Position numbers and translations under genes: made by a program. Of a DNA stretch of 64,000 nucleotides, positions 1 to 10,139 are shown piece by piece. Source of the stretch: Minisyncoccota bacterium (GTDB lineage: Bacteria > Patescibacteriota > Minisyncoccia > JAHIHE01 > JAGLIN01). The stretch covers positions 140,316 through 204,315 of the forward strand of contig JBAZUT010000002.1 in the NCBI GenBank assembly GCA_041661265.1, written 5' to 3'. Below the pieces are notes generated by a model. That model ran no database searches. It was not told where the DNA came from and worked only from the letters and a program-made list of their open reading frames with translations. The stretch's first letter is position 1. Each line of letters begins with the position of its first letter.

Positions 1-348
1 GTCCAAAAGGTCAATTGCTTTTCGTATCAGATCCCGCTTTTGATGCTCCAGACCCGCCTCAGCAAAGATCTCAGCTTCCTTAACCTGAAGACCGATCTGC
101 GCCTCAACATATTCATTCGGATCTTTTTCTTCATTGACGATATCGTACTCGGTCTTATTCCATTGCAAAAACTCCTGAGTAAAAACAATATCGTCGGGAC
201 CGTTTTCTTTGAGCAGCTCTTTCAGCCTTGAAATGCGTTCTTCCTGCTCTTCTTTTCTTTTCTCCTTCCTGATAGCCGCATCGATCTCGATCTGTCCGGT
301 TGTCAGGAATAATTCATCATCCTTGATATTTCCGATTTTTTCAAACAT
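1..348 (-). CDS. hypothetical protein; the gene's 3' portion runs off the window edge (position 1), so only the N-terminal ~116 aa are present (MFEKIGNIKDDELFLTTGQIEIDAAIRKEK...)
   Basis: Minus-strand ATG at 348..346 with an open frame to position 1. Absent from the ORF track because there is no in-window stop. Charged, coiled-coil-like composition. Confidence 0.35.
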   Translation of the reverse strand, partial: MFEKIGNIKDDELFLTTGQIEIDAAIRKEKRKEEQEERISRLKELLKENGPDDIVFTQEFLQWNKTEYDIVNEEKDPNEYVEAQIGLQVKEAEIFAEAGLEHQKRDLIRKAIDLLD

Positions 349-373
349 ATGGAATAATAAATAATTAGATCTG

Positions 374-871
374 CTATGTCCTGTCAAAATATGATTTCCG
401 GTCATAGTTTTCCTCGAGTTTTTCGATCTCTCTCTTTTCTTCAGGATCGATGCCTGAAGCGAATTTGATTATCATAGGCTTTATGGAAATTCCGCCTCTC
501 ACTGTAAAGTCGGCCCAGATCCTCATATATTTCGGACCTATTTTCTTCCAGATATCTCTGAATATCTTGTTGGCGACATCTTCGTGAAAATTTCCTTGAT
601 CCCTGAATGAGAAAAGATATAATTTCAATGACTTGCTTTCAAGACAAACTTTGTCCGGAACATAAACTATCTCGATCCTGGCAAAATCGGGCTGTCCTGT
701 GATCGGGCACAGAGTTGTAAATTCGTTGCACACGAATGGTACGAGATAATCGACATCACGATTTTTGTTTTCAAAAACAGCCAAGCGGATCGGGCCTTTG
801 TTTGCGATTTCTTTTCCGCAATTCTGCTTGTCTGAATAAAGCATTTTTTGTTTCTTCATGTCTTGAGACAT
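374..871 (-). CDS. queF: NADPH-dependent 7-cyano-7-deazaguanine reductase (preQ0 reductase)
   Basis: 165 aa, the typical QueF size. Carries the catalytic-Cys motif [10 protein letters not shown] and an E-S-K-S-L-K-L-Y-style QueF motif ([13 protein letters not shown]). Confidence 0.85.
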   Translation of the reverse strand: MSQDMKKQKMLYSDKQNCGKEIANKGPIRLAVFENKNRDVDYLVPFVCNEFTTLCPITGQPDFARIEIVYVPDKVCLESKSLKLYLFSFRDQGNFHEDVANKIFRDIWKKIGPKYMRIWADFTVRGGISIKPMIIKFASGIDPEEKREIEKLEENYDRKSYFDRT

Positions 872-901
872 TTATATGGTTATGTGCTTTTAAACTATCC
901 A

Positions 902-1975
902 TCACGAAGGATCGCTCTGCACGTCGCACCTCCCGACACATCCTGAGAAAGTAAGGTCATACGCTTTGAATTTTCCTTCCTTCGACCTGATCTTCAGAAC
1001 CCCCGAAACGGGAAAATCCGCTTTTATGATCTTATACGCCCTATATCCTGCAATATGGATATTTCCCAAGTCATCAACATCCTCGCCCCTGATCTCCTTC
1101 GGAAGCGGATCCCCTTCGAACATCACTTCCGCTCCCGCCTCTTTTCCAAAAGGCTCCATAACAAGATCTATCTCAGTGGCATTAAAATTCAGATATATCG
1201 ATGAACCGACCTTCTGGGTCTGAATACAGCCGGGCGCGGAAAAAAACTCTCCCTCAAGCGCCATCTCGTTTTGCGGAATTATCCTCGGACGTTTGTATAA
1301 AGCATCCTTGTCCGGAACATATCCGGAAGCATTCGCAGGAATCCCTTTTTTATAGCCAAAATGAATATCGGGCGTAGCGGAAAAACAAATATTATTCGTT
1401 CTTTCAGTGACCATCTCGGGAGATTTGACCTTTGTCTTTTTCATCTTGAGCAGCTCCTGGATAATTTTATCAAGCGTCGCATACCCGCCCTCCCCTATGT
1501 GGCAATAGACCACTTCGCCATTTTTGTTTATCAAGTAGTTCGTAGGCCAATACTTATTCTTGAATCTCTTCCAGTTCTTATATTCATTGTCCAGCGCGAT
1601 CGGCCAGTACATATCATTATCGATAAGTTTCCGCTTCACGCATTGGGGTCTTTTTTCAAACTCGAACTGTGGAGTGTGGATCCCGATCATCAGAAACTTC
1701 TGGTCTTTATATTTATTCCAAAGTTCTCTCATGCGCGGAAAAGACCTTGAGCAATTCACGCAGGTAAACGACCAGAAATTTACCAGAACGACGTAGCCCG
1801 AAAGATCTTTTTCGCTCAAAGGCTCGGAGTTAAACCATTTATTGCTCGTTATTTTTAGTTTCATAGATTTCGGTGAAATTTTGAAATATAAATGCTTCAG
1901 CCCTCCCCGGCTTTTCTCATAGATAAACGCTGATCCTTGCACAAATTGCCGTTCAAAAAAACAAAAAAACAGCAC
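902..1975 (-). CDS. thioredoxin-fold thiol-disulfide oxidoreductase (TlpA/redoxin-like) with a ~170-aa C-terminal extension
   Basis: CxxC motif embedded in FWSFTCVNCSRSFP, followed by a redoxin-like stretch (WPTNYLINKNGEVV). The start codon is uncertain; an internal Met (MKLKITSN) is possible. Confidence 0.6.
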   Translation of the reverse strand: MLFFCFFERQFVQGSAFIYEKSRGGLKHLYFKISPKSMKLKITSNKWFNSEPLSEKDLSGYVVLVNFWSFTCVNCSRSFPRMRELWNKYKDQKFLMIGIHTPQFEFEKRPQCVKRKLIDNDMYWPIALDNEYKNWKRFKNKYWPTNYLINKNGEVVYCHIGEGGYATLDKIIQELLKMKKTKVKSPEMVTERTNNICFSATPDIHFGYKKGIPANASGYVPDKDALYKRPRIIPQNEMALEGEFFSAPGCIQTQKVGSSIYLNFNATEIDLVMEPFGKEAGAEVMFEGDPLPKEIRGEDVDDLGNIHIAGYRAYKIIKADFPVSGVLKIRSKEGKFKAYDLTFSGCVGRCDVQSDPS

Positions 1976-2241
1976 AAGACCTATTGATATTTTTATCGAA
2001 TAATAATGTTCTTCTTGGTTAGCATAAATAGTTATTTAACCTCAAGAAAAAATTATCGTCTTTAACTCGCTGCTTGATCCGCTAATTCAAATGTAGCATA
2101 AGAATACCACCAAATAGCCAAATGTCAATAGTACCGGGATGCTCACGGATCTGATCCTAAATATATACGCGTCAATGAAACTTCTTGGATACTTGACATT
2201 TCCGTTTTTTTTCTTTAGCATCATCTTCAGGAGGGCTGAAT

Positions 2242-2697
2242 ATGCCTGATTATGTAATATTAGCTGTCATGGCTTTAGTGGTAATATATTGGCTATTGTC
2301 CGTATTTACCGCTATAAGAAGAAGACGGAAACAAACTCAAAACGACAACAGAAGGAAAGAAGAACTGAACAAGTTCTTCAAACTGGACATAATAGATCCA
2401 ACAGAAAGCAAGGGAGCCCTGAAAACCGTCGAGGTCGTCGTCACTTTGCCAAAAGGAGAAGAATGCGACATTGAAGCAACCGACGATTTGTACGAAAAAA
2501 GCAATTCCCGATATAGCAGTTTCGTGCCAAGCTTTAAATCTGCCGGAGAACAGAAAATCATTGAGGACGGCGCTACTGTCATAAAAGTATCTCAGAAATT
2601 TGAAGTAAAATCCGCCACCAGAACGAAAATATCCGTAAAAGTCGGAGACTGGTGCACAACACTTGCCGAAAAGACTGCATTTATCCCACCGCAATAA
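2242..2697 (+). CDS. hypothetical membrane-anchored protein
   Basis: N-terminal hydrophobic helix (ILAVMALVVIYWLLSVFTAI) followed by an RRRRK stretch. No recognisable domain. Its 3' end overlaps the convergent neighbour by 17 nt. Confidence 0.4.
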   Translation: MPDYVILAVMALVVIYWLLSVFTAIRRRRKQTQNDNRRKEELNKFFKLDIIDPTESKGALKTVEVVVTLPKGEECDIEATDDLYEKSNSRYSSFVPSFKSAGEQKIIEDGATVIKVSQKFEVKSATRTKISVKVGDWCTTLAEKTAFIPPQ

Positions 2698-3229
2698 GAG
2701 AAAAACGCTTTCTCTTTTTTATTTTGCGCAAAGAAGGATAGATAGCGATCAGCTGCCGCATTACCAGCTCATTGGGCCTGATCTGACCCCCTCTGAAATC
2801 AAACCATACCCGCACAAAATCAGATCTCCTGATCTTCCTTATCCTTCCAATCTCAGGATCCTGCAGATAAATAGATCTCTTATCCAATCCAACCGCCACC
2901 GAATAATGTCCGTCTGCCATTTCCGAACCCGAATTATCCGGCCTTCCTCCCGTAAACCAATTAACGATCACGGGAATGCCGCCATCAAGCCAGTTTTGAA
3001 TATCACGATAGTTGCTCCGGTTCTTTACCCTTACCCTGAAACCCAGCCCCTCCGCTGCTTTTTTGATCCCGGAGTCATCAACTCCGAGACGCTTATTCCA
3101 TCCGGAAAGTTCCGCAAGTTCCTTTTCTGTTTTTTCAACACCATAAAAACGCAAAACCATCTTCAGGCTTGCGGGACCGCAATAGCTCATATTTAATGTC
3201 TCTTGAAAAGGCTTTACTTTCAAAATCAT
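2681..3229 (-). CDS. papain-like cysteine peptidase domain protein (C39-like / BtrH_N-like)
   Basis: Motif Y-C-G-P-A-S-L-K-M-V-L-R-F-Y-G resembles the Cys-containing N-terminal motif of C39 peptidases. There is a downstream His (ADGHYSVAV). Confidence 0.5.
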   Translation of the reverse strand: MILKVKPFQETLNMSYCGPASLKMVLRFYGVEKTEKELAELSGWNKRLGVDDSGIKKAAEGLGFRVRVKNRSNYRDIQNWLDGGIPVIVNWFTGGRPDNSGSEMADGHYSVAVGLDKRSIYLQDPEIGRIRKIRRSDFVRVWFDFRGGQIRPNELVMRQLIAIYPSLRKIKKRKRFSLIAVG

Positions 3230-3255
3230 ACTTATCGCTTAGCCGCTAGACATGA

Positions 3256-3903
3256 CTATATCAATTTCTTTTCTTCAGAGTTCCTTATAACCTCCTCCAT
3301 ATTCTCATATTCATATTGCTTTCCCTGCACTTTTGTCGCTTCCTCGTCATATTCTTCCCAAGGAAACAGGTGTATATCGCTTGAAAGTCCGAGTTTTTTC
3401 GCCTCAAGCTTGTCCAGGGTTCTGGTTTCATTGGTAAGCTTCCCATAAAATATCTCATCGGCATAATTGTTCTTCTGATAGGAAAAATCCATATGATCTG
3501 CTGCATACAATATCTTCGAATCGGAAAATTTTTCCTTGAGATCCTTCGCTGCCGTCTGCGAAGCCTGTCCGAAGCAATGGTTATTCTCAACCAGAAGGAA
3601 AGTGGGTTTGTGATTGAAGCTGACATATTCCGGAAAACCGAGGATCTTCCTAAGCTGTACCTTTCCATCCTTGAAAAAATATTTGTACTGCATCGGAACG
3701 ATCCTAAGCATCTTCAACTTGAAAGCAAGAAAAGTTCCGGGAAAATTCCCTCCCCGAAGAAGAGGCACCACGGCATCTATCTTGGTCCCGCTTTCCCTTA
3801 CATATTTGTATACTTTCCCAAAAAGTGAATCCAGAGTCTGCCCATATTCACCCCAGGTTATCCTCGCAAAGTCCTCCCTCGTGTATTGCTCCGTATATGG
3901 CAT
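3256..3903 (-). CDS. phosphoribosyltransferase-like protein
   Basis: A hydrophobic beta-strand followed by an acidic/Gly-Thr loop (TFLLVENNHCFGQASQTAA) resembles the PRPP-binding motif of type I PRTases. The call is weak. Confidence 0.4.
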   Translation of the reverse strand: MPYTEQYTREDFARITWGEYGQTLDSLFGKVYKYVRESGTKIDAVVPLLRGGNFPGTFLAFKLKMLRIVPMQYKYFFKDGKVQLRKILGFPEYVSFNHKPTFLLVENNHCFGQASQTAAKDLKEKFSDSKILYAADHMDFSYQKNNYADEIFYGKLTNETRTLDKLEAKKLGLSSDIHLFPWEEYDEEATKVQGKQYEYENMEEVIRNSEEKKLI

Positions 3904-3912
3904 ATTTTTATT

Positions 3913-4332
3913 TTATTTATTATTTATAATATTTTCAACTATACGCTTCATATTTTCAGGCCTTAGGTCTGTCTTTTCCAGATCCTCCAGGGACAGCCAC
4001 TCCGGCACATGCGACCCTTCATAGAGACCATTGTCTGCATATTCCGGACCATTGCCGCATCCGACTTCCCCTCCCAAGACCCGGCATATATGGAACCGGT
4101 GTTCCTGATCGACCCCATCAAAAGCGACAATCTCGCTGCAGACATATTTTTCACTCGCAACCTCGACCCCCAATTCCTCCATGCATTCTCTTTTCAACGC
4201 CATAATCTCATCTTCGTCCTCCTCATCCACTCCGCCTCCCGGAAAAACCCAATAGTCATCATCCGCCTTGATCCTGTGTATCAGCAAAATCTTGCCGTTT
4301 TCAACTATGATCGCCCTGACTCTTTTTTTCAT
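3913..4332 (-). CDS. NUDIX hydrolase
   Basis: Nudix box GGGVDEEDEDEIMALKRECMEELGV (GX5EX7REUXEEXGU pattern). Confidence 0.75.
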   Translation of the reverse strand: MKKRVRAIIVENGKILLIHRIKADDDYWVFPGGGVDEEDEDEIMALKRECMEELGVEVASEKYVCSEIVAFDGVDQEHRFHICRVLGGEVGCGNGPEYADNGLYEGSHVPEWLSLEDLEKTDLRPENMKRIVENIINNK

Positions 4333-4856
4333 TGATCGAATATTATTTTCTTGTAATTATATTTTTTCAGATCCTCCTCCAGCTCGTTGTATTTCATTCC
4401 GGCAAGAAATCCTCCCGCGAATGGAAGTTCCTGCGTGACATCGGCAAGACAAAAATCCGGCATCTTGAAATTGTCTTTTTCCGTCATAGTTTTAAATTCA
4501 AAATCCGCCAGAACCAAACCCTTCAATTCATCCTGAAAAATACCGATCTCCGCCATATGATCTTCGGACGGATAAAAATATCGCAATTTCCTGATCTTTC
4601 TTCCTTTGGCCTTTTCCAATATTTCAAATTCCTCACTGGAAAGCTTGATCGTATGTTCGTACTGGCACGAAGAATCTCTGCCTTCAACGGGAGTTTTTTT
4701 CGTTATCTCATAACTTTCCCCTCTTTTCCTTATTCTGAGGATCGGATGTCCCTCTTTTCGCGGAATATAGAGATCGCGGATCTCAACATGCTCGCAGTCC
4801 ATCATATCCGAAGGTATTTTTTTGACCAGAAACGTTCTCTCAAGTTCTATTTCCAT
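4329..4856 (-). CDS. CYTH-domain (triphosphate tunnel metalloenzyme) protein
   Basis: The N-terminal EIELERTFLV matches the ExExK signature of CYTH domains. Size is ~175 aa. Confidence 0.55.
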   Translation of the reverse strand: MEIELERTFLVKKIPSDMMDCEHVEIRDLYIPRKEGHPILRIRKRGESYEITKKTPVEGRDSSCQYEHTIKLSSEEFEILEKAKGRKIRKLRYFYPSEDHMAEIGIFQDELKGLVLADFEFKTMTEKDNFKMPDFCLADVTQELPFAGGFLAGMKYNELEEDLKKYNYKKIIFDQ

Positions 4857-4947
4857 GCCATTATATCAGTTACTTTTATGTCATTTTAACATTTTTCTGA
4901 CAGCTTAGCAACAATAAAAAATAGCCTTTTTAAAAGGCTATCGGTTA

Positions 4948-6408
4948 TTATTCCATTTTGTTCAATGGCTTTATCGGATATCTTCCTCCGAAACATCCGC
5001 TGCAGATCCCGCAGTTATAGGTTCTTTTTACAACCTCATTGAGGCCTTGCAAGCTCAGATAGATAAGTTCGTCCGCCTCGATTATTTCCCTGATCTCTTC
5101 GATCGTTTTGTTGTAAGCTATGATCTGGCTTGTTTCCTGGTAGTCCATGCCGTTGGGACAGACATTCGTAATGGGAGGCGATGCGATGCACACTATCACT
5201 CTTTTTGCTCCTGCGCTTTTCAGCATTTGGACAATTATTTTCATTGTCGTGGATCTGACTATTGAGTCGTCAATGACTATAATGTCCTTCCCTACGACTT
5301 CGCCTTTCTTAAGGTGCAGTTTCTGCTCGACTATTCTCTTTCTTTCCTCGAAAGTCGGAGCCGTAAAAGACCTTGATTGAAGGATCTTGTAGCTGTGTGT
5401 CCTCTGGAATATCTCGTCGTACGGGATCTTAAGCTCTCTGGCAAGCCCTATGGCAGCGTGCTTTCCCGAATCGAGTATGGGTATCACGACTTCTCCTTTT
5501 ATATGGGGATTCTCAAGAGCGATCTGGCGGCCTGTTTCTTTCCTGAAATCTTCATGATAGCAGCCGTGATACAGCGTTCTTGGATTGGAAAAATATATTC
5601 CTTCAAATATGCAAAAGCATTCATCAGGTTCGGCATACTTCAGCCTTGTGAAATCTTTCTTACCCTTTCGGAATATGATCATTTCTCCGGGCGGAACGTC
5701 GAACAGGAATTTCGCCTGTGGAAATTGATCAAAAGCGATCGTCTCAGAACAAACCAGATATCCTTTATCGCATTTGGCCACGCTTAGCGGACGAACTCCG
5801 AATCTATCCCTTATGGCATATAGCTTTTCCTCAGTGAGAATGAGCAGAGAATATGCCGCTTCAACTTGCGTTAATGCGTATATTATCGCTTCATCTATCG
5901 TCTTTTTTCCGGAATTCGCGATAAGATGCACCAGAAGTTCCGTATCCGTGGTTGATTGGAAAACCGCGCCTTTTTCGAGAAGCATGTCCTCGATCTTTCT
6001 CACATTTACGAGCGTTCCGTTGTGCGCGATCGCAAAAGAACCGTATTTCGATTTCTCGATAATGAGCGGCTGCACATTGGCAACATCCAGATGATTTCCC
6101 TGAGTGGGATAGCGATTATGGCCTATGGCGATCCTTCCCGGCAAACCGTCATTGAACGCATCCTGTTTATATTTGCTGAACTGGGTGCTCACCGATCCTA
6201 TTCTTCTTTTTTGAAAAAAATTTCTTCCTCTTTTGCTGATTATGCCCACAGCGGATTCTCCTCTATGCTCCTGATGAAGGAGGCATTGAAAAACGCGATA
6301 TGACGCGCTTTCTATATTCACGGCAGCGGCTAATGCGCAATTTTCCGGAAATATCTTCCTGAGATCAAAATTCGTTTCACCTTTTAAGCTTCCTTTCAGA
6401 TATAACAT
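4948..6408 (-). CDS. purF: amidophosphoribosyltransferase (glutamine PRPP amidotransferase)
   Basis: Ntn-amidotransferase motifs (LLHQEHRGESAVGI) and a PRTase motif (IIVIDDSIVRSTTMK). C-terminal Cys cluster CGICSGCFGG as in [4Fe-4S] PurF. The catalytic Cys is preceded by ~23 residues, so a propeptide is likely. Confidence 0.85.
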   Translation of the reverse strand: MLYLKGSLKGETNFDLRKIFPENCALAAAVNIESASYRVFQCLLHQEHRGESAVGIISKRGRNFFQKRRIGSVSTQFSKYKQDAFNDGLPGRIAIGHNRYPTQGNHLDVANVQPLIIEKSKYGSFAIAHNGTLVNVRKIEDMLLEKGAVFQSTTDTELLVHLIANSGKKTIDEAIIYALTQVEAAYSLLILTEEKLYAIRDRFGVRPLSVAKCDKGYLVCSETIAFDQFPQAKFLFDVPPGEMIIFRKGKKDFTRLKYAEPDECFCIFEGIYFSNPRTLYHGCYHEDFRKETGRQIALENPHIKGEVVIPILDSGKHAAIGLARELKIPYDEIFQRTHSYKILQSRSFTAPTFEERKRIVEQKLHLKKGEVVGKDIIVIDDSIVRSTTMKIIVQMLKSAGAKRVIVCIASPPITNVCPNGMDYQETSQIIAYNKTIEEIREIIEADELIYLSLQGLNEVVKRTYNCGICSGCFGGRYPIKPLNKME

Positions 6409-6790
6409 GTTTTTTCTCCTTTTTTCGTCAACATTCGATTTTCAAATAGCACTTTCTCTTTATTCTAACAGATATGGCCACGCTTGCAAATGAAAAAAAA
6501 TGGATCGTTGTCCATTTTGATGGGTCATATTTTTGTTCCCTCCGGGATCACTTTTGCGCAAGTTAAACATAGGATATAGGATACGTTTTGCACCTTTTTT
6601 ACCTGAACATCGCGCTCCTTACAGCAGAATTCCGCAATGGGACACACCTCAAACATATCCTCGATCTCCTTCCTTAAATCTTCGTTTTCCATATTTTTGC
6701 TCACCTGATAAATAAATAGCATATTGATCGAGTTCTGACAATCCCCATGGCGGCAAATTCAGCACTGCGATCCGAAATCTTTTTCCGCAT

Positions 6791-6816
6791 AGAAAAAAAT
6801 GACTCTTAAAGTCATT
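6791..6816 (-). terminator. rho-independent terminator downstream of the 438-aa gene
   Basis: Perfect hairpin AATGACT-CTTAA-AGTCATT (6798..6816) followed on the minus strand by a U-run (plus-strand A-run 6792..6799). Confidence 0.5.
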
Positions 6817-6829
6817 AGTTTTTATTATT

Positions 6830-8146
6830 TTACCTTCTTTCCCAGATCGGAATTTCCAGCAGTCTTTCAATAATTTCATTTCCGAAATATGCCTTTGAAT
6901 GATCCCTGATCTTCTTGTTCTTCATTATATATTCGAAGAAGATTCTTCCCGTATCGATATAGGAACTGTCAGTGGATAATTTTACTTCGTTAAACTCCAC
7001 CAGCATCATCTGGTCATATGTGGGATTTTCTACATTCACGGTTCTTGCGGACATGAATCCGATCCTCAGCTTATCCCTCCTTAACATTCCGTATTCCTTC
7101 CGCATAAACTCGGATCCGAAAGACTCCGGCTCATAGATGTTGTCAAAATACCAATTCCAGACATCGTCGGGCACCTTCTTGAAATCCCGCCTTTGCCGGA
7201 AACTTACATAATTCATAAATCCTCGGAATGACAAATAGTGGGAAACGTGATTCCTTCTTGGAAATAGAACTTCATAGGTTCCCCTGTCATTAATTCCATC
7301 TCTGTAATACGGAGTGAGCTCGGTTTTATCGCTGAATCTGACGTATGCCACTTCCTCAAAGCTGAAAAATGCATGTTGCGGAAAGCCGATAGGCTTGGCG
7401 ATCGTGACAGCCAGGGTCGGAACGAATTTCCGCCAATCGTCCTTGGGATGCGCGCAATCGAAATACACTTCTTCGCGCGCTTCCCCTTTTGCAAAACGGT
7501 CCTGAGAACCGGTTTTTCGCGACATGAAGCCATATGGCAGAGGCAAGGACAATTTTTCAATTGTGCCTTCTATGATATGTTTCATCCGGTCGAATTGGAT
7601 GCGCTCTTCTGTGTAATGATGCCCATACAGGTTCTGCCTTTCTTCGCACGAGATTATATTCTCCGGAACAAGTCCGACTTCGATGCTTCGGGCCAGATGC
7701 GGAAATATATATATCGCGGAATAGAGAATTCCATTCAAAGCGTTGATCCGCTCATTCACTTCATCTCCGGTCAATTCGCCGCTTTTTTCCTTGAGCTCCG
7801 TAAAGAGTTTGTTTATTCGCTCATTCATTCCCTGAATGCCGTTCTCTTCGAACATCGAAAGATATGGCAGCATGAGAAGGAAGTGCTTGACCTTCACCTC
7901 AACATTCGAACCTATCTTTTTGTCCTGAAATTCCTGCAACTTCAAAAGAAGATACCTGGCATTGTGTTCGGCGCCGTCATAAACTATGCCAGTTCCCCTG
8001 CTTCCCGCAAGGACATGGCGCAATTCAAGCTGCACTTCACTGTGAGCCTTTTTTGCATCATCCTCCTGCCGGATAATGTTGTTCAACTCTTCCAAGAATT
8101 CACCTAGGGTGTTGTTAACGAACTTTTTTATTGCTTCATCTTCCAT
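6830..8146 (-). CDS. hypothetical protein (438 aa, soluble)
   Basis: Long ORF followed by a clean terminator. No motif I can assign. Confidence 0.5.
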   Translation of the reverse strand: MEDEAIKKFVNNTLGEFLEELNNIIRQEDDAKKAHSEVQLELRHVLAGSRGTGIVYDGAEHNARYLLLKLQEFQDKKIGSNVEVKVKHFLLMLPYLSMFEENGIQGMNERINKLFTELKEKSGELTGDEVNERINALNGILYSAIYIFPHLARSIEVGLVPENIISCEERQNLYGHHYTEERIQFDRMKHIIEGTIEKLSLPLPYGFMSRKTGSQDRFAKGEAREEVYFDCAHPKDDWRKFVPTLAVTIAKPIGFPQHAFFSFEEVAYVRFSDKTELTPYYRDGINDRGTYEVLFPRRNHVSHYLSFRGFMNYVSFRQRRDFKKVPDDVWNWYFDNIYEPESFGSEFMRKEYGMLRRDKLRIGFMSARTVNVENPTYDQMMLVEFNEVKLSTDSSYIDTGRIFFEYIMKNKKIRDHSKAYFGNEIIERLLEIPIWERR

Positions 8147-8301
8147 TATTTCGCCTCCATTTGAAATAAATTCATTATAGTTTCGCTAAATATGATTCTC
8201 TAGCGAACAGAACATGATAACATAAATCTATAAAATGTCAACGATCTTTTATACACTAAAAAAGACGCATTTTATACGTCTGATTTCAACCCGACGTTTC
8301 A

Positions 8302-9108
8302 CTATTTCCCGTCAGAAGCACCACCTATATGCTTGAAAATATGCTTGCCGTATTTTGGATGCGCATTCCTTTCTTTCGCCAGTTTTTCATACTCCGCCTT
8401 GATGCTTTCGATCGGCGGAACATCCAATCCTTTCAGCTTCAAAAATACGAGCGGATCGAACACGGCTTCCCTTCCGATCATCACGCCCCTGCAGTCTTTG
8501 AACTTTTCGACGTCTTCTTTCGTTTTTATGTCCCCGTTTGCGATTATATTCTTTCCTGTTTTCACGCATTCGGCGATGACCGTCCAATCGGCCTTATCGG
8601 CATAGGTTTCTTTTGCATGCCGTGCATGCATAACGAAATAATCCGCATCGACATTATTTATGAGATTCAGATATACTTTTCTGTCCTTTTCGAATTGGTT
8701 TAGCCCGGGTCTCATTTTTATGCTCGCCTCATAGCCGAAGCTTTTGATCATATCAATAAGCTTTTTCACTTTTGAGATCCTTTTTATCATCGCCGCTCCA
8801 TGACCGGAGCGCACTTCTTCCGGATCCGGACAGCCTAAGTTAAAATTGAATCCGCGGAATCCCTTTTCGGGCTTATACTCCGAAAGGAAACTGCGAAGAG
8901 AATCTTCTTTGTGGCCGATCAGCTGGATCGTGCAAGGAGTGTCGTCATAAAGCCTTATTCTTTCCCAAGCAAAGGGATCGCCTTTTGCCAGAGCCTCAAG
9001 GCTCGTCATTTCCGTGAAAGTCATATCCGCGCCATGGCAAATCGAACGGAAACATGAATCCGTCATATTCTCGATCGGCGCCAGCATATAATAGAATTTG
9101 TTTTCCAT
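8302..9108 (-). CDS. dus: tRNA-dihydrouridine synthase
   Basis: Dus-family motifs LAPIENMTDSCFR (LAPMxxxTD) and NFNLGCPDPEEVRSGHGAAM (NxGCP). Confidence 0.75.
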   Translation of the reverse strand: MENKFYYMLAPIENMTDSCFRSICHGADMTFTEMTSLEALAKGDPFAWERIRLYDDTPCTIQLIGHKEDSLRSFLSEYKPEKGFRGFNFNLGCPDPEEVRSGHGAAMIKRISKVKKLIDMIKSFGYEASIKMRPGLNQFEKDRKVYLNLINNVDADYFVMHARHAKETYADKADWTVIAECVKTGKNIIANGDIKTKEDVEKFKDCRGVMIGREAVFDPLVFLKLKGLDVPPIESIKAEYEKLAKERNAHPKYGKHIFKHIGGASDGK

Positions 9109-9224
9109 AAAGAATTGTTTATTTAATATTCATCCTAATCAGTATAAATTAGTAATCAATTTAATACAAGGCAAATGCATCCTCCGGGTCTCAGTCAAAA
9201 TATCCGATCAAAAAATAAATGGGT

Positions 9225-9518
9225 TTATGCCGCAGCATTCACCCATTCGGTTTGCAACTCTGCCGTTGCTTGTTTTAAGGCCTCCAGCAGAAGATATGTG
9301 ATCCTGCTCGAATCGTATTTTATCCCCGGCCAATGAAATGGCTGGCGATTCACTTCAACATTAATATCCCTTCCGTCTTCGAAATGAGACTGGAGATCCA
9401 ACTTGATCTTCTGCTTCATTTTATTGATAGCTTTTTCTTCCTCTTCGTTAAGTTCTTCCATGGCCTTGCCTCCATTTGAATATACTTTTTGTTTCGATAC
9501 TATTCCTGAACATAACAT
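9225..9518 (-). CDS. small hypothetical protein (probably begins at MEELNEEEEK)
   Basis: Short acidic ORF with no motif. Confidence 0.25.
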   Translation of the reverse strand: MLCSGIVSKQKVYSNGGKAMEELNEEEEKAINKMKQKIKLDLQSHFEDGRDINVEVNRQPFHWPGIKYDSSRITYLLLEALKQATAELQTEWVNAAA

Positions 9519-9631
9519 GAAAGTCTATCAGTTCCCTGAAAAAAGTCAAGCCTTCCCCCTGACAGCCTTCCCCCTGACAGAATTCTATATCGGACTATAT
9601 GAAAAAAGAATATGAAAAAGTCATATTCCTG

Positions 9632-10048
9632 TTATTTTGATGTAGTGTTTTTCTCTATGGAAACGTTTATACCTGCCGATTTCAACATCTGCATCTGAGT
9701 GCTGTTTGAAGGATCGAGGGGCTTTGATCTTGTTACAAACCCCATAAGTACGTCCCAGGCCTCCAGTTGCTCCTTTAGTCCGGGATATACAACCGTTACA
9801 TCGCCCGCGAAAGAGCCATCTCTGTTTCTTACAGCAAAGTTCTTGCCTCCGTCAACTGAGACCAAATTGTAATTCAGACCTTCAGTCCCGTTATAATTGG
9901 TCATTCCGCTTTTGAACACAATATGGCTTCTGTACCATTGCTGATCCTCTCGCATTCCCGAATCGAGATCCTGTTTCACCAGATATCCGGCAACAAATGT
10001 TATTGCCATAAGGATACATACTACCGCTATAGTTTTTTTGTCGAACAA
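9632..10048 (-). CDS. membrane-anchored hypothetical protein
   Basis: N-terminal TM helix (IAVVCILMAITFVAGYLV) and an extracytoplasmic domain with N-rich sites. Confidence 0.4.
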   Translation of the reverse strand: MFDKKTIAVVCILMAITFVAGYLVKQDLDSGMREDQQWYRSHIVFKSGMTNYNGTEGLNYNLVSVDGGKNFAVRNRDGSFAGDVTVVYPGLKEQLEAWDVLMGFVTRSKPLDPSNSTQMQMLKSAGINVSIEKNTTSK

Positions 10049-10139
10049 TTCAATAACCTCCTTGTCTTAATTTCCGACTTATCATTATAATATATTTTAT
10101 ACAAATGTCAAGAGCATGCCCTATCAGAACTTTACGCGC

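Noticed and set aside
40-231. 63-aa plus-strand ORF at the window start.
   Set aside because: It is antisense to the longer open frame of the partial minus-strand gene (1..348).
6649-6879. 76-aa minus-strand ORF and overlapping 65-aa ORF (6525..6722).
   Set aside because: The 76-aa ORF reads through the terminator hairpin of the upstream 438-aa gene. The 65-aa ORF (four Cys, CPIAEFCC...CLTC) might be a small Zn-ribbon protein, but it has no support beyond the ORF. I left it unannotated.
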